Positions 39,571-47,397 of a stretch of 64,000 nucleotides of DNA are shown one piece after another. The DNA comes from Phycisphaerales bacterium. GTDB taxonomy: Bacteria; Planctomycetota; Phycisphaerae; Phycisphaerales; UBA1924. Below the pieces are notes generated by a model that was not told where the DNA came from, made no database searches, and worked only from the letters and a program-made list of their open reading frames with translations. The position numbers were made by a program, and so were the translations under genes. Every line of letters begins with the position of its first letter. The stretch's first letter is position 1. The stretch is taken from the NCBI GenBank assembly GCA_965227775.1, contig OZ245777.1, positions 2,944,001 to 3,008,000 of the forward strand, written 5' to 3'.

Positions 39571-39836
39571 GCACCGTGCCGTGTTGGCACGACACGCCGG
39601 GCGCACCGTGCCTGACCACACGCACCGTGCGTTGCGCCGCAGCATCCGCCGAGCGAGTCCGCGAGCGACAGCGCATGCGCAGGCGCGGCGGCCCGCGGCC
39701 GCCCGGGCGCAGCCCGAGAAGCGAGTCCGCGAGCGCCAAAGAGCATCTCCTTTGAGCGAGCCCCGGCGCAGCGACCCTGTCCTCAGGGGCGCTCCGCCGG
39801 GGCGTCGAACGTCGGCGCACCGCCAGAGCACCGTGC
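39571..39836. repeat. cluster of GCACCGTGC palindromes plus a 16-bp direct repeat
   Basis: GCACCGTGC at 39571, 39603, 39622 and 39828; AGCGAGTCCGCGAGCG at 39652 and 39720. Confidence 0.7.
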
Positions 39837-39885
39837 GTCCGAACCACCCTGCTGCACCAGAGCACAACGCCCGAGAACCAACCCC

Positions 39886-40137
39886 CCACCGCCGCGCCCC
39901 GAGCTTCTCGGGGAGCGCCCAATACTCCTCGGGGAGCGCCCAGAACTCCGCGAGGAGCGCCCCGAGCTCCGCGGGGAGCGCCCGGAATTGCTCGGGGAGC
40001 CCACAGAACACCGCGGGGAGCGCCCAGGACCGCTCGGAGAGGCCGCCGAGAGGCTCGGAGGGCACACAGAGCCCGGCTGGAACACTGAAACCGGCCCGAG
40101 AACGCCGCTGGAGAGGCTCGAAGGACATTCGGAGGGC
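39886..40137 (+). repeat. degenerate 21-bp tandem array (consensus close to CTCGGGGAGCGCCCAGAACTC)
   Basis: units start at 39907, 39928, 39949, 39970, 39991, 40012, 40033 and 40054; phase still visible at 40117; partial unit at 39886. Confidence 0.9.
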
Positions 40138-40254
40138 ACATGAGGCTACTGAAAGCCCTCAAATACGCTTAAGCGAGCTAGACGGCACCTCCGATAGCCA
40201 TATCATCGGTGCGCAGGATTCCTGCGCGATCAATTTCAGATCCCGGGGCCAGCG

Positions 40255-41568
40255 ATGCTCATCAGACTTTTCGGCCGAAACTTCCGCTCTCTCAGGGACG
40301 ACTTCGAGTTGTCCATGGTTGCGGCAGACTTTACCAACGGCGAGGAACGAAATCGGGGGGTCACGAGTGTAAAGATTCGTGATCTGCCAGAACCCCTTCG
40401 ACTTCTCAGGGCTGCGGCCATTTTTGGCCCTAACGCCTCCGGCAAATCCACCATTTTGACGGCAGGTCAAGCTCTTCGCTGGATTGGTGCAGTTTCCAGC
40501 CGCCGGGCTGAACCTGAAGGCGGCATTCCGCCGTACGAACCATTTAAGCTAGATCCCGATTTCAGTTCGTCACCAATCACCTTGGGGTGCGATGTTACTC
40601 ACAAGGGCGCCATTTTACGCTATGAGCTTACATACACAGAACGTTCCATAAGGTCCGAGACTCTGTCACAAATAACTGGCTCGGGCGAGGATGTACTTGT
40701 TCGCCGACGCGGTACGAAGAGTGTCACCGGCAGTCTTGTGGAAATGAGTGATTCAAACATGCTCTACGTGAGGGGCATGCAACCGAACGTTTCAGTACTC
40801 TCCAAGCTTGCTCAACATGGACCTCGCACAGGCGCAGACTCCATCATGCCATTCTATCGAAGTATTAGAAAGGCACTTGAATACGAAGACTACACGCCGG
40901 CTGCTTATGGCCTGCGAATGGACGAAACGTTCCATCGCCGATTCGCCAGCAGTGAATCATATCGCAATTGGATCATGTCGAACTTGATGCAGAAGGCCGA
41001 CATAGGTATCTGCGATGTTCAAACTGAAGAAAAACCGGTAGAGTTTCCACTGCGCCTTCGCACTCTGATGGAAGAAATGTCCGAAGACGGAAATAGCTTC
41101 AAAGTGTCTGAAAGCGTGACTGATATTAGCTTTGTCCACAAAGGAGCGACCAACGAACTAATTGACTTTGAGGACGAATCAGCCGGCACGGTAAAGTTGT
41201 TCAACATTGCAGGCGACTTGTGGAAGCTGTCGCACTCGTCGATCACTCTCTTTGCTGACGAACTTGGAGCCAGTCTGCATCCTCGACTTCTCGACCAACT
41301 GGTTCGCGTTGTGAATCACACGGCCAGGAGGCGATCACAACTCATTTTTGCAACACATGAAACTGGGCTATTGGAGGGCCGTGACGGACTACCGCCTGCG
41401 CTTCGGCGAGATCAAGTGTACTTCACAAAGAAGACCGAGTCTGGGTCGACTGAGATGTATTCACTAGCTGAATTTAAAGACGAGGCCCGCCCCGTCCACA
41501 ATATCAGGAAGCGATACCTGTCCGGCCGATATGGCGCGTTGCCGTCAGTTGAAGGTGTTTCGTTTTGA
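40255..41568 (+). CDS. RloA/AbiEii-like AAA_21 ABC-type ATPase
   Basis: NFRSLRD, IFGPNASGKS, ESAGT signature, FADELGASLHP, QLIFATH, LRRDQVYFT, YLSGRYGALP; low GC. Confidence 0.9.
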   Translation: MLIRLFGRNFRSLRDDFELSMVAADFTNGEERNRGVTSVKIRDLPEPLRLLRAAAIFGPNASGKSTILTAGQALRWIGAVSSRRAEPEGGIPPYEPFKLDPDFSSSPITLGCDVTHKGAILRYELTYTERSIRSETLSQITGSGEDVLVRRRGTKSVTGSLVEMSDSNMLYVRGMQPNVSVLSKLAQHGPRTGADSIMPFYRSIRKALEYEDYTPAAYGLRMDETFHRRFASSESYRNWIMSNLMQKADIGICDVQTEEKPVEFPLRLRTLMEEMSEDGNSFKVSESVTDISFVHKGATNELIDFEDESAGTVKLFNIAGDLWKLSHSSITLFADELGASLHPRLLDQLVRVVNHTARRRSQLIFATHETGLLEGRDGLPPALRRDQVYFTKKTESGSTEMYSLAEFKDEARPVHNIRKRYLSGRYGALPSVEGVSF

Positions 41569-42221
41569 CACTCAGGCGACCCAAGAAGCCAATTTCTCCA
41601 AAGGTGCTAGCGCTTCAGGACAGCTTGCGGCGTGCACGTGGCATACGTGAGTTACAGGATCGGTTCTTGATTGTATGTGAAGACGATAAATCAGCACCCT
41701 CCTATTTCCATTCTTTAAAGAAGTATTATAACTGGTCCGCTACTAGCATTGAAGTGGTTGGTGGAGGCGGAAACACTCAGCCGATTCAGGTTGTTAAGAC
41801 AGCTCTTACTCTAAAGAACGCGGCCAACAGCGAGAACAGTGGAACCGAGCCATTCTCTCAAGTTTGGTGCGTGATAGACGGCGACTACGGAAACAAGATT
41901 CCGGCAGCACGCCAACTAGCTGAACAGAACGAAATTAAGCTTGCAATAACGACTAAGTGCTTTGAGTATTGGTTGATTCTGCATTTCCGTGAATCATCAA
42001 ACGGTCGAGCCAATTGCAAACAGGTCGTTTCAGATTTGAAGGCACTAATTTCTGACTACAGTAAAGGCGATTGCGACTTTAGTGGCGTGGTAGCCAATGT
42101 CCGTGCTGCCAGTAACAGGGCGAGAAAACTCAGAAACGACGTGGATAGAGCTGAGGATCAGAATCCATGTAGCGACCTCTATCTTTTAATTGAGTCCTTG
42201 TTTAAGAGCAAGACTGTGTAG
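41565..42221 (+). CDS. RloB family protein
   Basis: FLIVCED..YF, VWCVIDGD, CFEYWLILHF, NPCSDLYLLI; TTG start overlapping the ATPase stop; low GC. Confidence 0.88.
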   Translation: MTLRRPKKPISPKVLALQDSLRRARGIRELQDRFLIVCEDDKSAPSYFHSLKKYYNWSATSIEVVGGGGNTQPIQVVKTALTLKNAANSENSGTEPFSQVWCVIDGDYGNKIPAARQLAEQNEIKLAITTKCFEYWLILHFRESSNGRANCKQVVSDLKALISDYSKGDCDFSGVVANVRAASNRARKLRNDVDRAEDQNPCSDLYLLIESLFKSKTV

Positions 42222-42388
42222 CCCTGTCCCGATCCAAGAATTCCACACCCGTCCAGACAAGCCTCCTAGTTGAACCAGTCCGACGGCAAGCCCGTCTGAC
42301 ATGGTTTCGGCCGCGGGGCGACCGTAGAAATTTTCCTCAACCCACCCCCAAATCCCCCCGATACACCCTCCAGACCGCCCCTGACGCT

Positions 42389-42409
42389 CGTCCGGCACGG
42401 TGCCGGACG
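42389..42409. promoter_or_regulatory. perfect 21-bp palindrome, candidate operator or binding site
   Basis: CGTCCGGCAC-G-GTGCCGGACG, 30 bp upstream of the ATG at 42440. Confidence 0.5.
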
Positions 42410-42439
42410 CCTGCTGCGGGCATGCCTGGAGACTCGAAC

Positions 42440-43135
42440 ATGACGAATTCTGCTCGCTATCCGCGTCGCGAAGCGCTCCTGCTCGCCTGGGCACGCCACC
42501 ACGCAACCGTGTGGAGCGGCGGCGAGAACCCGCCACCCGACACGGGCCTGAGCGCCCAGCAGATCCAAGACTTCACCGACGCCGTGACCCAGGCTGAGTC
42601 CGCGTACTCGGACCGCGTGGCGAAGCTGGCCTCGGCGAAGGCGGCGACGACGAACAAGAACGACAAGTTCGACGTCATGCTCGACCGCCTGGGCTCGTGC
42701 ATCTCGACGATCGACTCGTACTTCAAGGACACCAAGGACCCGGGCATCTACGTGCGGGCCGAGCTCGACCCGCCCAAAGAGCCCAGCGAGCGGCCCGCGC
42801 CGCCCAAGCCGACCGACCTGGCGCTCACCAGCTTCAGCGACGGCTCGCTCCGCCTGAGCTTCAAGGTCAGCGCCGCCGGCGCGGTGTTCGAGGTCCAGCG
42901 CTCGACGACCGACCTGGTCGGCCAGGACAGCCCGTGGACGACCATCGCCGTGACGGGCGAGAAGATGTACACCGACCCGGCCGTGCCCGGCGGGCTGCGG
43001 AGCATCCAGTACCGCGTCCGCGGCATCCTGGGCAACAACAACGCCGGCGCGTGGTCAACGCCCGAGCCCCTGAGCTTCGGCAGCCAGGGCAGCCAGGCCG
43101 GCCCGGCGAGCGCCGCGTCGACCGACGCGGCATAA
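42440..43135 (+). CDS. cytoplasmic protein with helical N-terminus and C-terminal fibronectin type III-like domain
   Basis: RBS GGAG; helical N-half; PPKPTDL..LRLSF..FEVQRS..WTTIA..YTD..YRVRG..GAWS FN3 pattern; no signal peptide. Confidence 0.8.
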   Translation: MTNSARYPRREALLLAWARHHATVWSGGENPPPDTGLSAQQIQDFTDAVTQAESAYSDRVAKLASAKAATTNKNDKFDVMLDRLGSCISTIDSYFKDTKDPGIYVRAELDPPKEPSERPAPPKPTDLALTSFSDGSLRLSFKVSAAGAVFEVQRSTTDLVGQDSPWTTIAVTGEKMYTDPAVPGGLRSIQYRVRGILGNNNAGAWSTPEPLSFGSQGSQAGPASAASTDAA

Positions 43136-43158
43136 GGCCGCCAACCAAACCCACGAGT

Positions 43159-43196
43159 CGATAACGCCCGGGCTCCTGTTGGCCCGGGCGTTGTCG
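43159..43196. terminator. hairpin between convergent genes, probable terminator
   Basis: CGATAACGCCCGGGC ... GCCCGGGCGTTGTCG inverted repeat; no clear U-tract. Confidence 0.6.
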
Positions 43197-43215
43197 TTGG
43201 GTGGGAAGGACGGGC

Positions 43216-43728
43216 CTAGCTGCGCAGCACCCGGTAACGCATACGCAGCGCGCCGCCGTTGATCGGCTCTGACCCGATCGGTTCGAGCCAGGCCGGGTCC
43301 ATCTCGCCGCCGAAGAGCGGCACGCCCGTGCCAAAGGCGACCGGCTGGAGATCGATCACGACCTCGTCGACCAGCCCCGCGCCCATGAACGCGTGGTAGA
43401 CCGTGCGGCCGCCACCGACGATCGCCTCTTGCACGCCGGCCTGCTCGAGCATGGCCAGGGCCGCGGCGGGCGATCTCGCGTGCTGCCAGCCGGCGTCGGT
43501 GAAGTCGATGTCCTGCGAGGACAGGACGATCTTGTGCTCGGGCTTCAGGATGGCGGCCATCTCCTGGCCCTTGAGCTGCTCGACCGACGCGCGGCCGGCG
43601 ATGCAGGAGCCCGCCTCGTTGACCAGCGCGCACCAGTCTGGCCAGGCCGACGGCGGGAACATGGGGATGCCGTCGGTGTTGGCGATGAAGCCGTCGATGG
43701 AGACCGAGGCAAAGAGCGTTGTTTTCAT
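43216..43728 (-). CDS. dihydrofolate reductase / RibD C-terminal family protein
   Basis: SVSIDGFIA, IAGR, IVLS, VGGG, GLVDE..PVAFGTGVPLF. Confidence 0.88.
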   Translation of the reverse strand: MKTTLFASVSIDGFIANTDGIPMFPPSAWPDWCALVNEAGSCIAGRASVEQLKGQEMAAILKPEHKIVLSSQDIDFTDAGWQHARSPAAALAMLEQAGVQEAIVGGGRTVYHAFMGAGLVDEVVIDLQPVAFGTGVPLFGGEMDPAWLEPIGSEPINGGALRMRYRVLRS

Positions 43729-43939
43729 CGGACGATTCCTGTCTGGGTCGGTGGGTGTGGTGGGCGTCGTGGGCGTGGCAAGCGAGCTGCCAGTGTATCA
43801 CCCGGTACCTCCGACTCTTGCCAGGCTGCCCCGCCACGCCGCTGAAACCAGCACGGGCGAAATCCGAAACCACCGATTCCCACCTACCCTGTTGGACGTC
43901 CCGCTCCCTCCCCTGCCCCCGGCCCAAAGGACCCCCACC

Positions 43940-44251
43940 ATGCAAGAGAACCCCATGGTCACCGGCTTCGACCCCTCCTTCATCGCCCTGGTTGCCATCG
44001 TCGGGGGCGTGCTGCTGGCGAGCATCTTCTTCACGATGCTGTTCCTCCAGCTCATCCTCAAGGAGCGGCAGAAGGAGATGACCACCCGAGAGATCGCCGC
44101 GTACGTGGCCGAGGGCTCGATCTCCGCCGAGGACGCCGAGCGCATCCTGCACGGCAGCCGCCCGTGGCACGAGATCCGCGAGATCGCCCGGACCGGCAAG
44201 AGCTACTGCGACGCCCAGCGGGCCAAGAAGCACGGCGCCGTGCCGGCCTGA
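43940..44251 (+). CDS. small single-TM protein with SHOCT-like tail
   Basis: TM segment then REIAAYVAEGSISAEDAERIL; start trimmed to MQENPM. Confidence 0.7.
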   Translation: MQENPMVTGFDPSFIALVAIVGGVLLASIFFTMLFLQLILKERQKEMTTREIAAYVAEGSISAEDAERILHGSRPWHEIREIARTGKSYCDAQRAKKHGAVPA

Positions 44252-44290
44252 CGCCCGTCCGGTTCGGGCCCACCCACACCCACCGATCGA

Positions 44291-46042
44291 TCACGGACGA
44301 ACGGCCGCCCCGCCCTTGCGCGGGTCGGCCGCGCCGTCGAGCTCGCCCGTCGCCGGATCGCGCCGGATGGCCTGCACCGCGCCGATGTCGTCGCGCGAGA
44401 ACACGTCGTGGCCGCGCCGCTTGAGCGCCTGGCTCCAGCTCGCCGCGGGCTCGGCGCCGTCACGCACCTCGACGTAGAGACGATCGGGCAGCCATTGGTG
44501 GTGCAGCCGCGGCGCATCGACCGCCTGCCGTGCCGATGCGCCGCCGCGGAGCATGCGCAGCAGGACCTGGGCCGTCGACGTGATGATCCGCGGCCCGCCG
44601 GAAGCACCCGCAACCGCAACAACCTCACCGTCTGCGTCGAGCACGATCGTGGGCGACATGCTCGAGAGCGGCCGCTTGCCGGGCTCGGGCAGGTTGTCGT
44701 CGGACTGCACGAGCCCGAACGCGTTCGCTTCACCCCGCTTCGTCGTGAAGTCGTCCATCTGATCGTTGAGGCAGAAGCCGAAGCCCCGGGCGCCGACCAT
44801 GGAGCCGAAGGCGAGGTTGATCGTCTCGGTGCACGCGACCGCGCCGCCGTTGGCGTCGATCACGGAGATGTGGCTCGTACCACCATCCTCGGGAAGGGCG
44901 ACCGGAATGAGTGATGCGGTGCCGTACGCCCCGGATTCGAGCACGCCTTGCGGGTCGATCGCCGCGGCCATGCGGTCGAGCGCGTCTTGCGAGAGCATGT
45001 CGGCCACTGGCACGTCGACGAACGCCGGGTCGGCCATGTGCCGTGACCGGTCGGCGAAGGCGTGCTTCATGCTCTCGGCCAGCGCGTGCGCCTCGGCGGG
45101 CGCGGGCCAGCCCGTCGCGGGCATAGCAAGATCGAGCCGCTCGGCCAGCGCGAGGAACTGCGCGATCGCCACGCCGCCGCTCGAGGGCGACGGCATAGAC
45201 AGGATGGTCCGCCCGCCCACGGTCGCGCGCACCGGCTCGACCTCTCGCAGCTCGTAGCCCGCGAGGTCCTCCATCGTCAGCACGCCACCGTCGGCCCGCA
45301 CCGACTCGACGATGGCCTCAGCGATGGCCCCGCGGTAGAACGCATCGGCCCCGTCGCGCGCGATCAACACGAGCGCCGCCGCCTGCTCGGGCAACCGGAT
45401 GCGGTCGCCGACCTCGATGCGCCCCTCGTCCGCCAGGCGCTCCCACACGAGCGGGAAGCGGCGACGCCACGACTTGTCAGCCTCGAAGCGATCAACCAGC
45501 GACCGCACGGTGCGCGCGTGGTGCGCATCGGCCTCGAAGCCGCCCGCGGCAAGCTCGATCGCTGGAGCCAGCACGACGTCACGGGGCAACGTGCCATACT
45601 TCTCCAGCGCGTGCAGCAATCCCGCGACAGTGCCCGGCACCCCCACCGCCATGCCACCGCGCTGCGAAGCCAGAGGATCGTCGAGCCCGGCGTAGGTATC
45701 GGGGCCGACCTCGACCGGGCACGTCTCGCGGTAGTTGATCGCGATCGTCACGTCGCCGTGCCGCGGATCGTCGACTAGGTGGATGAGCATGAAGCCCCCG
45801 CCGCCGATGCCGCAGGCGTCGCTGCGCACGACCGACAGGGCGAAGCTGGTGGCGACGGCGGCATCGACCGCGTTGCCGCCCCGGGCCAGCATGCGTGCGC
45901 CGGCCTGCGCGGCGAGCGGATGGTCGGCGGCGACCATGCCACCCGTACGTTGCGGCAGGGGCGCATCCTGCGTCGCTGCCAACGCTGGAGTGATGGCGAG
46001 ACAAGCACACGCGGCACTCAACAAACGCACCATGCGCATCAT
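44291..46042 (-). CDS. ggt: gamma-glutamyltransferase, exported
   Basis: GGNAVDAAVA, GIGGGGF, GVPGTVAG, GGTSHISVID (catalytic Thr), PGKRPLSSMSP, GASGGPRI, GAADPRKGG; signal peptide. Confidence 0.95.
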   Translation of the reverse strand: MMRMVRLLSAACACLAITPALAATQDAPLPQRTGGMVAADHPLAAQAGARMLARGGNAVDAAVATSFALSVVRSDACGIGGGGFMLIHLVDDPRHGDVTIAINYRETCPVEVGPDTYAGLDDPLASQRGGMAVGVPGTVAGLLHALEKYGTLPRDVVLAPAIELAAGGFEADAHHARTVRSLVDRFEADKSWRRRFPLVWERLADEGRIEVGDRIRLPEQAAALVLIARDGADAFYRGAIAEAIVESVRADGGVLTMEDLAGYELREVEPVRATVGGRTILSMPSPSSGGVAIAQFLALAERLDLAMPATGWPAPAEAHALAESMKHAFADRSRHMADPAFVDVPVADMLSQDALDRMAAAIDPQGVLESGAYGTASLIPVALPEDGGTSHISVIDANGGAVACTETINLAFGSMVGARGFGFCLNDQMDDFTTKRGEANAFGLVQSDDNLPEPGKRPLSSMSPTIVLDADGEVVAVAGASGGPRIITSTAQVLLRMLRGGASARQAVDAPRLHHQWLPDRLYVEVRDGAEPAASWSQALKRRGHDVFSRDDIGAVQAIRRDPATGELDGAADPRKGGAAVRP

Positions 46043-47397
46043 GGCTGGCTTCCTTCCTCGACCCTCGGCCAGGGTGTGACGTCTAAGCGATGGCGGCGGG
46101 CGATCCAATCGGTCGTTCGTTCTTCGGGCAAGGCCGCGCGCTCACCGCCCAGCGGGGCGAACCGTACCAGGCCCGCGAGGGCGCGGCATAGGCCCGCCGC
46201 CACGCCGGAGATTCGTCGCGGCAGTGACACGTAGGGCGCGTGCGTCCAGCGGACCAGTCGATAGCCGAGCAGGTGCAACACCTCACGCCGTAGCAACGCG
46301 GCATACTCGGGCGCGACGACGATGGCGTGCGGCTCGCCCTCGCGCGCTCGCACGCCCGGCAGCAGCCGCGGCGCCCAGCGATGCACCCACGCACGCTGTC
46401 GGAGCCACGCCGACAACGAGAGCCACATCCGGCCAACGCGCGCAATCACGAAGAACGCATCGTCGCCGACACGCGGGGACGCCTGGCGATTGGGCAAAAA
46501 AAGCAAGCCGCCGGCGCTGGCCGTCACGGGCCGCGTGCCCTCCAACGCGAGCACCGTCTTCTCAGCGACAACGGGCATAAACGCGATGGCGCCGGACTGC
46601 ATGGCGAACTCGGCGTGGCCGATCCCCACGCGTTGACGAACGTCGTAGAAGTGGCCCGCCCGCCCACCTGCGGCCTGCTCGACCACGTCGTACGGCACCT
46701 CACCCGCCGTGGTGCGCACGGACTGAGGAACCATTCCCAGACTCACCAGCGCGAGCAATATGACCGCCTCGTGCACATCGCTCGACCGAGCGTCATCGTG
46801 CCTGCCCGCCTCGACGATGCACGACACGCAGCCAAGCTCGTTGGTTGCGTAGTCAATCATCAGGCCGGCCAATTCCTCCTCGAGGCCCAGGATTTTTGGA
46901 AGCGGCAGGCCCGCGGCGAATCGACGCGCCGGCAGCGAATCTTCGAGGGCAACGAACGCCGGGCTATCGCTCGAGACCGTGTGCAGGTCGAGCAAGTAGA
47001 TCGTGCCCCGCGCCTGAGACGTGAGGCGTCGCAGCTCTTCGATGAGCTGCGCTCGCTCGCCGTGCTCGGACGACGCATCGCTTGTGTCATGCTCGACCCC
47101 GTGGAACAAGCGATTGAGGTCGCGGTCGATGTATCGGTCGCGCAGCCAGGGTTCGGGCGCTTCGATCGAGAGCGCGGCAAGATTGCCCCGAAGCGAGACC
47201 AACCGCCCGGCATTGCACGAGAGGTCCCGAAGTTCGAGGCGAGCATGGACGCGCGAAGCCGCCTCGATGCCCGCCGGCTCGTTGGCGTGCAGCCCGCCGA
47301 CGACGATCAGCGTTGGCCCCGGCGTCGACGAGGCATGGTCGCCGATGCGACGCTTGAGGCCGCTCTCACGAACGCCGCGCGGGTCTGCGGCGATCAT
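46039..47397 (-). CDS. M14 metallopeptidase, succinylglutamate desuccinylase/aspartoacylase family
   Basis: GGLHANEPAG, DRDLNR, LLDLHT, VEAGRH; ATGA overlaps at both ends. Confidence 0.88.
   Translation of the reverse strand: MIAADPRGVRESGLKRRIGDHASSTPGPTLIVVGGLHANEPAGIEAASRVHARLELRDLSCNAGRLVSLRGNLAALSIEAPEPWLRDRYIDRDLNRLFHGVEHDTSDASSEHGERAQLIEELRRLTSQARGTIYLLDLHTVSSDSPAFVALEDSLPARRFAAGLPLPKILGLEEELAGLMIDYATNELGCVSCIVEAGRHDDARSSDVHEAVILLALVSLGMVPQSVRTTAGEVPYDVVEQAAGGRAGHFYDVRQRVGIGHAEFAMQSGAIAFMPVVAEKTVLALEGTRPVTASAGGLLFLPNRQASPRVGDDAFFVIARVGRMWLSLSAWLRQRAWVHRWAPRLLPGVRAREGEPHAIVVAPEYAALLRREVLHLLGYRLVRWTHAPYVSLPRRISGVAAGLCRALAGLVRFAPLGGERAALPEERTTDWIARRHRLDVTPWPRVEEGSQP

Noticed and set aside
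39886..40137. 21-bp array as a CRISPR array
   Set aside because: Units are contiguous and degenerate with no unique 25-45 bp spacers, and there are no cas genes in the window.
39041..40372. ORF-track calls 39041-40162(-), 39389-40372(+), 39439-40128(-) and 39783-40139(-) as genes
   Set aside because: Three overlap the FG-GAP or ATPase genes and all stay open mainly because the GC-rich repeat lacks stops; not annotated as CDS, though the array itself is reported as a finding.
40154..42226. AGCCCT near both ends of the low-GC cassette as a target-site duplication
   Set aside because: Only 6 bp, expected by chance, and the cassette boundaries are not precisely known.
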